DNA from: an uncultured Acidobacteriota bacterium
Lineage (GTDB): Bacteria > Acidobacteriota > Vicinamibacteria > Vicinamibacterales > 2-12-FULL-66-21
Assembly: GCA_963804245.1 (NCBI GenBank)
Contig: CAWDPQ010000006.1
Span: 106,643 to 170,642 of the forward strand
Length of the DNA: 64,000 bases
Direction: 5' to 3'
This document shows, piece by piece, positions 1-10,137 of this stretch. A program made the translations under genes and the position numbers. The notes below the pieces were generated by a model. It was not told where the DNA came from. It searched no databases and worked only from the letters and a program-made list of their open reading frames with translations. Position 1 is the stretch's first letter, and the number at the start of each line of letters is the position of its first letter.

Positions 1-720
1 GAGTGTCAGCACTTCGTGAACCAGCACATCGCATCCGCGGCAGGCGTCGATGGTCGCTTGCGCAGGATTCGTGTCACCTGAGATGACGATGCTGCGATCG
101 GGCGTGTCGAACCGATAGCCGTAGCTTTCCATCGTGTGTTTCGTTGCGAATGCCGTCACGGTCACGTTGGCATCCTTGTAAACGACGCCTGCGCCGATCT
201 CATGCGCATTCACCGCATGGCCTTCGGGAAATGCGCCGACCGTGTAGAGCCCGCGGTCTCGTGACCGTGTCTCGAAGTCGGCGCGATAGGCTTCCAGCAA
301 GTGCTCGGTCATGGCCTTGATACCGCTGGGGCCGTAAACCTCCAGTGGAACCCGCCGTCCGAGCACCCAGGGCGTAAGAAGCAGATCCGGATAGCCAACC
401 GTGTGATCGGAATGCAGATGCGTAACGAAGGCCACGCGGAGCTTGACCGGGTCCAACGCGGCTACGCCCTTGTCGACGACCGCCGACTTGGCACGGCGGA
501 CGATCCCGGCGCCGAAATCCACGAGGTACGGCGTGTCGTTGACGACGACCGCCGTTGCCGGTCCCGATCGGTCAGGGTCGGCGGGAGGATTTCCGGTGCC
601 GAGAAGAACAAGTTGCGTACGACTCGATGCCGGCGGCGCAGGCCGCCGCTGGGCGGCGGGGCTCGTGGTGAAGAGCGCGATCGAAATGGCGACGACGAAC
701 AGCGGGCCCGAATGAGGCAT
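1..720 (-). CDS. MBL-fold metallo-hydrolase, probably exported; C-terminus runs off the window start
   Basis: Hand translation of the minus strand from ATG at 720 gives MPHSGPLFVVAISIALFTTSPAAQ (signal-like), then VAFVTHLHSDHTVGYPDLL (HxHxDH zinc motif). I checked the frame codon by codon from 720 to ~400. Not in the ORF track because there is no stop inside the window. Confidence 0.75.
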   Translation of the reverse strand, partial: MPHSGPLFVVAISIALFTTSPAAQRRPAPPASSRTQLVLLGTGNPPADPDRSGPATAVVVNDTPYLVDFGAGIVRRAKSAVVDKGVAALDPVKLRVAFVTHLHSDHTVGYPDLLLTPWVLGRRVPLEVYGPSGIKAMTEHLLEAYRADFETRSRDRGLYTVGAFPEGHAVNAHEIGAGVVYKDANVTVTAFATKHTMESYGYRFDTPDRSIVISGDTNPAQATIDACRGCDVLVHEVLTL

Positions 721-738
721 TCTAAGCAGACCGAGTGG

Positions 739-2125
739 CTAGTAAATCTGCTGGGTCTTGGCGACGATCGTTTTCGGCGGCGTGACGCCTGCCGCGATCA
801 TCACCTCGCGAAGAGCGGCCTCTGTATCGGGCGAGGGCTTGAAGTTTCCGAAGCGGTAGCCGACGGCAATGGCGAGCGGCGTCCACCCGAACTTGTCGTT
901 CTGATTCCAGACCTCGATCTTGGCTCCCTTGGCGGCGAGGAACTTCACGACCCTGGGGAGATTCTTGTAGGCGGCGCCGTGCATGGCGGTTTCGCCGTTG
1001 TCGTCGACGGCATTGATGTCGGCGCCAAGCTCGAGAGCCACCTGGACGGCCTCCAACACTTCGCTCTCGGTTCCCGCGTCCTCGCCGGGTGAGCGCGTGG
1101 CGAGTCCGGCTGCAACCATCAGCGGCGTGCTGTTCTCGGCATTGGGTAGGAGCGGATCGGCGCCCAAGCGCGGCCAGCGTTCGCATCAACTCGGCGTCCG
1201 CGGTCTGTGCGGCCAGCAGGAATGGTGTCGCCCCATGCTCGTTCAGGCGCGTATTGGTCAGGTTCGCTCGTTTCTCCATCCTCGCGTTCACGTTTGCGCC
1301 ACGCGCCGCGAGCTTCTTCACGAGGTCGAGGCTGCCCAGGTTTCCCGATCCTTCGGGAGCGGGATCGTTGTCTCCGACGCCCGGCTTCCGCACCGCAGCC
1401 AGCGCATGAAGGACGGTGTAGCCGGTGAGGTCCGCGTTCGGATTGGCGCCGGCGTCCAGCAGGTGAGCCGCCAGCTCGAAATGCGCGTTCATCACCGCCA
1501 CGAGCAGCGCACTCGCGCCCGCGGGCGGCATGCGCCCGCCGTAAGCACGGCGCCGTCCGTCCAGAGGCACAGTCTCGTTGACGTCTGCCCCCGCCTTCAG
1601 CAGCACCTTGACGACGTCGATGCGCCCTTCTCGAATGGCGAACAGCATCGGCGTGAAACCGGAGGCCAGGCGAGCGCGGAAATCGGCGCCGGCTGCGATG
1701 AGGACTTCCGCCACGCCGGCATGGCCTTCCGCGGCCGCCCACATCAGCGCCGTCTGACCGCGCCGATCGTCTTTGCTGTCGACGTTGGCACCGCGGGAGA
1801 GCAGTGCTTTCACCGAGGCCAGGGCACCGACGCGCGCGGCGGTCATCAGGGCCGTCTCTCCGCCCGGCAAAGTCGTGTTCGGGTCCGCGCCGGACTCGAG
1901 GAGCAGCTCGACAATCGCCGCGTTGCCGTTCGTGCAGGCCAGCGACAGCGGCGTCACGCCATACCGGTTCGCCGCTTTCACGTTCGCACCGGCACCCACC
2001 AGCAGCTTCGTCGTCTCCAGATCGTCCTGATACGTCGCCCAGTGGAGGGCCGTCATTCCGTCGATCTGCGGAGCGTTCACATCGACGTGCTGGTTCAGGA
2101 GCGCGCGGATCTTTGCGCGGTCCAT
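739..2125 (-). CDS. Ankyrin-repeat protein, interrupted by a frameshift near 1163-1165
   Basis: ORF 722..2125 carries multiple ANK repeats (GMTALHWA, GVTPLSLACTNGN, GQTALMWAAAEGH, GFTPMLFAIREGR). It loses sense after TLAALG, and ORF 739..1167 continues in another frame as (L)GADPLLPNAENSTPLMVAAG...GETAMHGAAYKN. The junction is at a CCC run. A signal-like peptide (RHLRLALLLSAVSLHGAA) lies upstream in a third frame (~2160-2230), so a second break near 2155-2165 is possible. Confidence 0.8.
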
Positions 2126-2328
2126 CTTTTCAGCGGCGTCCGCCAGGAGCGCGTCAGACGGCGGCGCCGTGCAGGCTGACCGCGGACAGGAGCAAGGCCA
2201 GCCGCAGATGCCGCGCGCGCTTCCTTCGCCGCGCTCCGGGTGTGGGCCCGCCGCGAGCTTTACGCGCTTCGCGCTGCCGGGCCTGCCGCGCCGCGCCGCC
2301 CTTCCCGACCTCGGCGCAGTCCGCGAGA

Positions 2329-3663
2329 TTAGAGAGCCAACAATTCATCGACCTTCCCTTTGCTATCAGCAAAAGCGTCCATGCGAACGCCCACCCGCTC
2401 GAGCAGCGTGAGGTGCAGGTTGGCCAGCGGTGTGGGCTCCGCATACTTGATGTGGCGCCCGCCCTTGACCCGGCCGGCGCTGCCGCCGGCGACGAGAATC
2501 GGCAGGTTCACGTGATCGTGCACGTTCGGGTTGCCCATCCCGCTGCCGTACAGATAAAGCGCATGATCCAGAAGAGATCCGTTGCCCTCTGGCGTGGACT
2601 TCAGCTTGCCGAGGAAGTAGGCGAACAGCGACACGTGAAACGCGTTGATCTTCGCCATGCGGGCGATCTTTTCCGGATCGTTGCCGTGGTGCGTCAGCGG
2701 ATGGTGCGGATCGGGCACGCCGATTTCGGTATAGGTCCGGGTGCTCGTTTCACGAGCCAGCTGGAAAGTAATCACCCTGGTGACATCGCCCTGGAGTGCC
2801 AGCACCTGCAGGTCGAACATCAGCTTGGCATGGTCGGCGTACAAAGCCGGGACGCCCACCGGCCGATCGAGATCGGGCAATTGCTCGCTCGTCGTCTCCG
2901 CTTCGGCTTTCTGGATGCGCCGCTCCACTTCGCGGACGGTATTCAGATACTGGTCGACCCTGGCGCGATCGTCGGGTCCGAGTCTCCGCTGCAGATGCGA
3001 GATGTCATCGCGCACCCAATCGAGAAGACTGGCTCTCCGCCGCAGCGCCGCACGCCGGTCGGCGGCGCTGCCGCCTTCGCCGAACAGCCGCTCGAAAACG
3101 ATGCGCGGGTGGGCTTCGGCCGGGAGGGGAGTCGTCGGCGACGACCACGAGAGGTTGTTCTGGTAAACGCAGGCGTAGCCGTTGTCGCACTGGCCGATCG
3201 TCTGCAGCAAATCCATCGACAGCTCGAGCGAGGGCAGGAGCGTCTGCTGGCCGATGTGCTGCGCGGCGATTTGGTCGACCGTCGTTCCCAGGTGGTAGTC
3301 GGTGCTCTCCGTCCATTTCGCCGTGGCCGCGCTGAGGAAGGCGGCGTTTGACGTGGCGTGTGTACCGGGATACGCGTTCTTCAACTCCAGGTTGCTGATC
3401 ACCGTCAGCTGATCCGACACGGAGGCCAGTGACTGCAACGCGGGGGACAGATCGGCCAGCCTGTTGCCGCCTGGCGGCGTCCACCGAGTGATGTCGCATC
3501 CCATAGGCATGTAGACGAAACCGAGGCGTCGCACCGGCTCGGCTGCCGTCCGTGTCAGCGCGGTCATGGACGGAACCATGGCATCGAGCAGGGGCAGGGC
3601 GAGGCTCGCGCCTATCCCCCGCAGAAACGTCCGGCGCGGCAATGCCATCTTGGTGATGATCAT
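2329..3663 (-). CDS. DUF1552 domain-containing protein with twin-arginine signal
   Basis: MIITKMALPRRTFLRGIGASLALPLL Tat-type N-terminus. The rest resembles the DUF1552 family as I recall it. The ATG overlaps the upstream gene stop (ATGA), indicating translational coupling with the DUF1592 gene. Confidence 0.8.
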   Translation of the reverse strand: MIITKMALPRRTFLRGIGASLALPLLDAMVPSMTALTRTAAEPVRRLGFVYMPMGCDITRWTPPGGNRLADLSPALQSLASVSDQLTVISNLELKNAYPGTHATSNAAFLSAATAKWTESTDYHLGTTVDQIAAQHIGQQTLLPSLELSMDLLQTIGQCDNGYACVYQNNLSWSSPTTPLPAEAHPRIVFERLFGEGGSAADRRAALRRRASLLDWVRDDISHLQRRLGPDDRARVDQYLNTVREVERRIQKAEAETTSEQLPDLDRPVGVPALYADHAKLMFDLQVLALQGDVTRVITFQLARETSTRTYTEIGVPDPHHPLTHHGNDPEKIARMAKINAFHVSLFAYFLGKLKSTPEGNGSLLDHALYLYGSGMGNPNVHDHVNLPILVAGGSAGRVKGGRHIKYAEPTPLANLHLTLLERVGVRMDAFADSKGKVDELLAL

Positions 3664-6062
3664 CGTGACTTCCTCATTTGAAACGGCTCGCTCTTCACGA
3701 CTCCGAGAATGAGCGACGAGACGCGGAAGTTCTGCGGCCGCGCCTCGCGGATGATCGCCCGGACGGCGGGCGCATCGCAAGGCTCCATGCCTCGCCCGAG
3801 CGCGTAGGTGAGAAGCTTTTCTGAAAGCGTCCCGACGAACAGCTCGGGACGTCGCAGCAAGGCCTCTTCGAGTCCCCGGACGTCCGCGAACTCACTGCCG
3901 TCGGGCAGACTGCCCGACGCGTCGATGGCCTGGCCGCCCTCAGCAGATCGCCTGCGCCCGATCGCGTCGAACTTCTCGAGCGACAGTCCTACCGGATCCA
4001 TCAGGTTGTGGCAGGCGGCGCAGGTCGGATTGGTACGATGCTCGGCCAGTCGCTTGCGAACCGAGAGATTGCCGTCGACGGTCTTGTCGATGAGCGCAGG
4101 CACATCCGGCAGCGGCGGCGGGGGAGGCACGCCGAGAATATTCTCGAGGATCCATTTCCCGCGCAGGACCGGCGAGGTGCGGGTGGCATAGGACGTGACC
4201 GTCAGAATGCTGGCATGCCGCAGGAGCCCGCCACGCTCGCCGTCCTCGTCCAGCGCGACGCGACGGAAGCGGCTGCCATAGACGTGCGGTATGCCGTAAT
4301 GCTTCGCCAGCCGTTCGTTGACGAACGTATAGTTTGCGCGCAGCAGATCGATGGCGCTGCGGTCCTCGCGCAGAATGCTCTCGAAGAAAAGCTCCGTTTC
4401 CTGCCGGAACGCCTGCCGGAGGTTATCGTCGAAATCCGGGAACAACCGCATGTCCGGAGTAATTGATGCGAGATTGCGCAGATGCAGCCACTGTGAAGCG
4501 AAGTTGCTGACGAGAGCCTGCGAGCGGTTGTCGGCCAGCATCCGCCGCACCTGCCGCTCCAGCACCGCCGGCTCGTGCAGCTTTCCGGCGCCGGCCACGT
4601 CAATCAACTCATCGTCCGGAATGCTGCTCCACAGGAAAAATGAGAGGCGGGACGCCAGCTCGAGATCGCTGATGCGGTAAACCGTATTCGGCGGTGTGCC
4701 GGCAGGATCCGGTTCGACCCGGAACAGAAATTGAGGGCTCACCAGCACGGCGGAGAGCGCCATCTCGATGCCAGCTTCGAAGTCTCCATCCGTGCGCGCT
4801 TTCCGGTACAGCGCGAGCGGGCCTTGTAGATCTGCCTCCGAGACGGGGCGTCGATAGGCTCGTCGCATCAGTGCGGACAGGATGCGCCTGGCAGAGGTTT
4901 CATCCTCGGCAGGGGTCGCTGGCCGGGACACGAAGAGCCGGCGGCGACTGGGCGTCTCGCCGGGGCCTGTCGCGGCGTAGGGACCGATGATCGAGATCGA
5001 ATAGATAGCCGGCTGAATACGGGGATGCCGGTAGGAGTTGAAGCGCGCCTGGTACGGCTGCCGCACGCTTTCGGACAGCGCCGACGGCCGCTTCGGGAAC
5101 GCCACGCCGACGGCGTGTGGACCGGCCTGCACCGGAACGCGAACTTTGAGGTGCTGATCGAGGTTGTCGTGGGAAGGCTGATAGCTTGTAGAGAATCCTT
5201 CGACCCGCTGCGGCGGCTGCACCGTGAACAGCTGCACCCGCTCGCGATCCAGCAGCAACTCGAGATCGTGGGGCTCGCTCAGACCCTCGACATGCTCGTC
5301 CCGATCTCGCGCCAGACGAATCGTGATCTCGTACTCGCCGTCGAGCGGAAAGGTATACCGGACCACGGCACCGCCGCGGGTACCGATCGGCAGGCCGTCG
5401 ACGTGCCCCTCCTGCGTGAGATCCGTCGCGATGCGGATTGTGTCGCCGCCTGGCGACCGGCTGGGACGTCCGACCGCCACACGGCTGATTTTTTCCGCCG
5501 CCGACACATAGCGGTCCAGCAACGTCGGCGAGAGGTCTCCGACCGTCACATTGTCGAAGCCGTAGCTGGATTCGTCGGCCGGTAGCAGCGAAGTGGCATC
5601 GACCTCCAGCTCGAGGAGATCGCGAATCGCATTCTGGTATTCGGTGCGTGTGAGCCGCCGGATTGTCGCCGTTCGCCCGGGATTTGGATTGGCTACGGCC
5701 GCGCGGTCGAGCGACTTCTCCAACGAGGCAATCACTGCGTCGTAAGTGGCGTCGTCCGGCCGCTCCTTGCCGATGGGCGGCATCTGACGAGCCCGCAGCT
5801 TGCGGACGACTTTCTCCCACACATCCGGATGCTGCGCGACGTCGTGCGCTGCAACCGTGTCGAGCGCGAGGTTCCCTTTCTTCTTGTCCTCGTCGTGACA
5901 CGATACGCAATACTCTTCGACGAGCGGGAGACGCGGGTCGGCCGGCTGGGAAGGGGCGGCCGGTTTTTGCTGGGCATTCAGCGTGAACCCGACGCTGCCG
6001 GCCAGCAAGAGGCCAGCGACGCAGACGGCAATCGACGCCCTGCCGGCGGTGCAGACACCCAT
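3660..6062 (-). CDS. DUF1592/DUF1585/DUF1587/DUF1588/DUF1595-type protein with an N-terminal CxxCH heme-c motif
   Basis: Intact 800-aa ORF with a signal-anchor N-terminus. It has CVSCHDEDKKKGNLALD (CxxCH) near the N-terminus and CAACHNLMDPVGLSLEKFDAIG near the C-terminus. This is the usual partner of DUF1552 genes. Confidence 0.8.
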   Translation of the reverse strand: MGVCTAGRASIAVCVAGLLLAGSVGFTLNAQQKPAAPSQPADPRLPLVEEYCVSCHDEDKKKGNLALDTVAAHDVAQHPDVWEKVVRKLRARQMPPIGKERPDDATYDAVIASLEKSLDRAAVANPNPGRTATIRRLTRTEYQNAIRDLLELEVDATSLLPADESSYGFDNVTVGDLSPTLLDRYVSAAEKISRVAVGRPSRSPGGDTIRIATDLTQEGHVDGLPIGTRGGAVVRYTFPLDGEYEITIRLARDRDEHVEGLSEPHDLELLLDRERVQLFTVQPPQRVEGFSTSYQPSHDNLDQHLKVRVPVQAGPHAVGVAFPKRPSALSESVRQPYQARFNSYRHPRIQPAIYSISIIGPYAATGPGETPSRRRLFVSRPATPAEDETSARRILSALMRRAYRRPVSEADLQGPLALYRKARTDGDFEAGIEMALSAVLVSPQFLFRVEPDPAGTPPNTVYRISDLELASRLSFFLWSSIPDDELIDVAGAGKLHEPAVLERQVRRMLADNRSQALVSNFASQWLHLRNLASITPDMRLFPDFDDNLRQAFRQETELFFESILREDRSAIDLLRANYTFVNERLAKHYGIPHVYGSRFRRVALDEDGERGGLLRHASILTVTSYATRTSPVLRGKWILENILGVPPPPPLPDVPALIDKTVDGNLSVRKRLAEHRTNPTCAACHNLMDPVGLSLEKFDAIGRRRSAEGGQAIDASGSLPDGSEFADVRGLEEALLRRPELFVGTLSEKLLTYALGRGMEPCDAPAVRAIIREARPQNFRVSSLILGVVKSEPFQMRKSR

Positions 6063-6223
6063 GTGACGGCCATCATACGCGCCAGATTGGTCGGGGTCGA
6101 GCGGGTGGGGTCAGGCCATTTTTGAGCCCTATCGGCTGACTCGGGCGCAAAACCCATCATTTAATCCATAATCACCCATCACCGCCGAGGAGTGCCCCTA
6201 CGCCGGGCATGGAGGACTGCACG

Positions 6224-7447
6224 ATGTGGAGCCGAAGACAATTTCTCGAAACCCTTTCGAGCCTGCCGCTGGTCGGAGGATTCGTTGGCGCGAGCTCGGC
6301 GCTCGGCGGAACGGCCGCCGCCGGACCGGCGCAGCGCGACCTGTTCAAGGAGCTCGGCGTCCGACCCTTCATCAATGCCGCGGGCACCTATACGGACATG
6401 ACGGCATCGCTCATGGTTCCTGAGACCATTCAGGCCATCAACTACGCCTCACAGCACTTCGTCATGCTGGCCGAACTGCACGACAAGGTTGGCGAGCGGC
6501 TGGCCACGCTGCTCAAGTGCGAGGCCGCCATGGTCAGCTCCGGTGCGGCCTCGGCTCTCACGCTGGGGACGGCCGGTGTTCTCGCCGGGACCGACAGGGA
6601 CAAGATTGCCGCGCTCCCGAATCTCGAGGGGATGAAGAGCGAGGTCATCATTCAGAAGGCACACCGCTTCGGCTACGACCGCGCGATCCGCAACTGCGGC
6701 GTGCGGCTGGTGGAAGTCGAGACGCGCGAGGACCTCGAGCGCGCGGTCAACGACAAGACCGCGATGATGATGTTCCTGAACATGAACAACAGCGACGGCC
6801 AGATCAAGCACCAGGAGTTCGTCGAGCTCGGCAAGAAGCACTCCATCCCGACGATGATCGATTGCGCTGCCGACGTGCCGCCGGTTGAGAACCTCTTCAA
6901 ATACACAGCGCTCGGATTCGACCTGGTCGTATTCTCCGGCGGCAAGGGCATCCGCGGTCCGCAGAGCGCCGGCCTGCTCCTCGGCCGCAAAGACCTCATC
7001 GCGGCCGCGCGCATGAACGCCTCGCCCAACGGCAGCGCGATCGGCCGCGGGATGAAAGTGAACAAGGAAGAAATGGTGGGCATGCTCGCCGCCATCGAGG
7101 CTTACCTGAAGAGGGATCATGAAAAGGAGTGGCAAGACTTCCAGGAGCGCGCCGAGACGATCCGCAAAGCCGTCGCCGCCGTGCCGGGCGTGACGGCGGA
7201 GATCCACGTGCCGGAAGTCGCCAATCACGTGCCGCACGTGCGCATTTCGTGGAACGCCGAGGAAAAGAAGATCACCGCGCGTGACGTGATCACGACGATG
7301 CGCGATGGCGAGCCGTCGATTCGCGTGCGCGGCGGCCGGCAGGGGCTCGACATCGGGGTGTGGATGATGAAGCCGGGCGAGGCCAAGATTGTCGCCACGC
7401 GCCTTCGCCGCGTGCTGGAGGGCAAGGAGAGGATCCTCACGTCGTGA
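6224..7447 (+). CDS. SelA-like / class-V-fold PLP-dependent enzyme with Tat signal
   Basis: MWSRRQFLETLSSLPLVGGFVGASSALG twin-arginine leader. GGAGGA lies 7 nt upstream of the ATG at 6224. The body resembles the SelA/DgaE-like PLP family (FSGGKGIRGPQSAGLL). Assignment is by recognition only. Confidence 0.65.
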   Translation: MWSRRQFLETLSSLPLVGGFVGASSALGGTAAAGPAQRDLFKELGVRPFINAAGTYTDMTASLMVPETIQAINYASQHFVMLAELHDKVGERLATLLKCEAAMVSSGAASALTLGTAGVLAGTDRDKIAALPNLEGMKSEVIIQKAHRFGYDRAIRNCGVRLVEVETREDLERAVNDKTAMMMFLNMNNSDGQIKHQEFVELGKKHSIPTMIDCAADVPPVENLFKYTALGFDLVVFSGGKGIRGPQSAGLLLGRKDLIAAARMNASPNGSAIGRGMKVNKEEMVGMLAAIEAYLKRDHEKEWQDFQERAETIRKAVAAVPGVTAEIHVPEVANHVPHVRISWNAEEKKITARDVITTMRDGEPSIRVRGGRQGLDIGVWMMKPGEAKIVATRLRRVLEGKERILTS

Positions 7448-8731
7448 TCGCCCGATCCTCGCTCGCACTGCTCCTGGTGCTGGTCGGCGGCTCTGCTGCC
7501 GTCGCCCAGCCGCGTTACCAGATCCTGCTCAAGGGTGGCCACGTCATCGATCCGCGCAATCAGATCGATGCGATCAGCGACGTGGCAATTGCCGACGGAA
7601 AGATCGCCGCCGTGCGCGCCGACATCAATCCGGCGGAGGCGGGCACCGTGGTCGACGTCAGCGGCCTCTACGTCACACCGGGTCTGATCGACGCGCACGT
7701 CCACCTGTTTGCCACCACCGGAATGAAAAATGCCTGGGCCGGTGACAACAGCGTGCTGCCCGACGGGTTCAGCTTCCGTTCGGGCGTGACGACGATGGTC
7801 GATGTGGGAAGCTCGGGGTGGCGCAACTTCGAGGACTTTCGCAATCGCGTCATCGATCGCGCCCAGACGCGCGTCTTCGCCATGTTGAACATCGTCGGTC
7901 TGGGCATGATGACCGATGCTCCCGAGCAGAACGTGCACGACATGGACGCGAAAGCGACGGCGGAGATGGCCATGAAGCACCGCGACGTGGTCGTCGGGAT
8001 CAAGTCAGCGCACTACCAGGGACCCGAATGGGTCTCCGTCGATCGCGCCGTGGAAGCCGGCACGACGGCGAAGATTCCCGTCATGGTGGACTTCGGCTAC
8101 TTTCGCGAGGAACGTCCATACTACAAGCTGGTGACCGAGCGGCTGCGCCCCGGCGACATCAGCACCCACATGTTCCGCGGTCCGGTCCCGTACGTCGATG
8201 AAAACGGCAAGCTGCTCGACTACCTGAAGCAGGCGCGCACCCGCGGCGTGCTGTTCGATGTCGGTCACGGCGGCGGCAGCTTCGTCTTCCGCAATGCGGT
8301 GCCGGCCATCCAGCAGGGGTTCTATCCCGATTCCATCTCCACGGATCTCCATACCGGCAGCATGAACGGCGCGATGATGGACATGCTCACGACCATGTCG
8401 AAAATCCTGGTGATGGGGGTGCCTCTCCAGGAGGTCGTCCGCGAATCCACTGCCAACCCTGCCAAGGCGATTCAGCATCCCGAGCTCGGTCACATCGGCG
8501 TGGGCGCGGCGGCGGATATTGCGGTCCTGCGCGTGCTCGAGGGGAAGTTCCGATATGCGGACGGTTCGCGCGCAACCTTCGACGGCGATCGCCGCCTGAT
8601 GTGCGAGCTGACCTTGAAAGACGGTCGCGTCGTGTGGGATTGGAACGCGCGGAGCGGGCACCGACTACCGGAAGATGTCGAAGACCTATGGCATCCGGCC
8701 GGTCGACAAGATCATCCTGCCGCCAAAGTAG
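7444..8731 (+). CDS. Amidohydrolase/deacetylase-family metallohydrolase (COG3964-like), exported; one frameshift near 8656-8659
   Basis: The GTG at 7444 overlaps the previous stop. Signal peptide is IARSSLALLLVLVGGSAAVAQ. Motifs include KGGHVIDP...VTPGLIDAHVHLF. After WNARSG the annotated frame becomes nonsense, while the +1 frame reads TDYRKMSKTYGIRPVDKIILPPK and stops at 8729-8731. The break is at a GGG run. Confidence 0.75.
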
Positions 8732-9503
8732 GGCGCGGCGTCGGCTCAAGGTCACGCTCGCGGTGGTCGTGTCCGGACTCGTGTCGTGCGGCTCGCCGTC
8801 CGCTCCCTCATCAGACGAACTCGATCGCGCGTTGCCTGGTGAAACCACGACACAGCACTACGTGTTTCGGTACAGCCAGAGCGATCGCGTCGAGCCCGAG
8901 CGGCAGGAGCGCTATCACGAGTGGGTCGTCGCCCGACTCGGTCTCTCGCTCGATCGGCGCATCAGTTATTACAAGTATCGAGACCGGTCGCACTTGTCGT
9001 CGGTGACCGGAACGGTCACTAACGGATAGGCGGATCCGCCGGCTTTCGCCATTCACACGATCTGGCCATGGGACAACCATGAAGTCGTCCATGTCATGAC
9101 GGCGCTCGTTGGTCGTCCGACGGACTTCTTCAACGAAGGCATCGCCGTGGCGATGTCGGTCGATCTGCAGAACGGCCGTCTGGAAGCGATGTGGCAGAGT
9201 CAGACGGTCCACGCCTGGGCAGCGAACTTCCGCACCAACGGGGAGCTGCCCCGGCTGCTTGATGTCGTCGAGACGGACAGCTTCCGGCGACTCGACGACA
9301 ACCGGTCGTACCCGATTGCGGGCTCGTTCGTGGGCTTCATGGTGGAGATCCGCGGCATCGAACCGATGAAACAATTCTTCCGCAACGGGTCGCGCGAGGC
9401 GCGACGCGCGGACATCGAGCGCGTGTTCAGTGCGGCGTTCGGGATGACATTGTCAGATGCCGAAGGGCAGTGGCACCAGTTCCTCGTCGGGAAAGGGTTC
9501 TAA
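8688..9503 (+). CDS. Putative HExxH metallopeptidase-like lipoprotein with an in-frame TAG at 9027-9029
   Basis: Lipobox-like LKVTLAVVVSGLVSCGS. ORFs 8601..9029 and 9096..9503 are in the same frame, separated only by the TAG (TNG * ADPPAFAIHTIWPWDNHEVVHVMTAL). The HEVVH motif lies upstream of the second ORF ATG, so the reading frame must span the stop. The start codon is uncertain. Confidence 0.5.
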
Positions 9504-9559
9504 AGGTTCGAGAAGCGAGAACCGCGGCCAAAAACTTGAACCGGCGAAAAGGGCCTAGA

Positions 9560-10137
9560 ATGGCGGTATCACCGAGCGTCAAACGAACGTCACCGGACTG
9601 CTTCTCAAATGGGGCCAGGGCGACCCCGACGCCCTCGAGCGACTGATTCCGCTCGTTCACCAGGAGCTCCATCGAATCGCGCGAGCCTGCATGGCGGGCG
9701 AGCGCGGCGGACACAGCCTGCAAGCGACGGCACTCGTCAACGAGGCATATCTCCGTTTGGTCGACGGAAAGGCAGTCGAATGGCACGACCGCGCGCATTT
9801 CCTGGCGGTCTCCGCCCGCGTGATGCGGCGCATCCTGGTGGACCATGCGCGCGCCCGGAACTATCAAAAGCGGGGCGGGGGCTCGCCACGAGTCACCTTC
9901 GACGAAGAACTGGCGGTGACCAGCGAGCCGCGTGAGGACCTGGTCGCTATCGACGACGCGTTGGAGGCGCTCGCGAAGTTCGACGAGCGGAAGAGCCGCG
10001 TGATCGAGCTGCGTTTCTTCGGCGGGCTGAGCGTGGAAGAAACCGCGGCGGTCCTGAAGGTCTCGCCCGATACGGTCATGCGGGATTGGCGGCTGGCGAA
10101 GGTCTGGCTACGTCGCGAGATGCGCCATGACCGTTGA
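9560..10137 (+). CDS. ECF-type RNA polymerase sigma factor (TIGR02999-like, kinase-associated)
   Basis: VTGLLLKWGQGDPDALERLIPLVHQELHRIARACM...SLQATALVNEAYLRLV...ELRFFGGLSVEETAAVLKVSPDTVMRDWRLAKVWL. Conserved sequence extends upstream of the first in-frame start (9691). The ATG at 9560 is in another frame, and one extra A in the AAA run at 9581-9583 would join them (MAVSPSVKTNVTGLLL). So the gene either has a frameshift or uses a non-canonical start. Confidence 0.8.

Noticed and set aside
6224-7447. SelA-like gene as a true selenocysteine synthase, with the in-frame TGA at 27387 as a Sec codon
   Set aside because: The protein has a Tat export leader, which is incompatible with tRNA-dependent Sec synthesis. 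I saw no selB, selD or SECIS-like hairpin after the TGA. A nonsense change or two separate ORFs is simpler.
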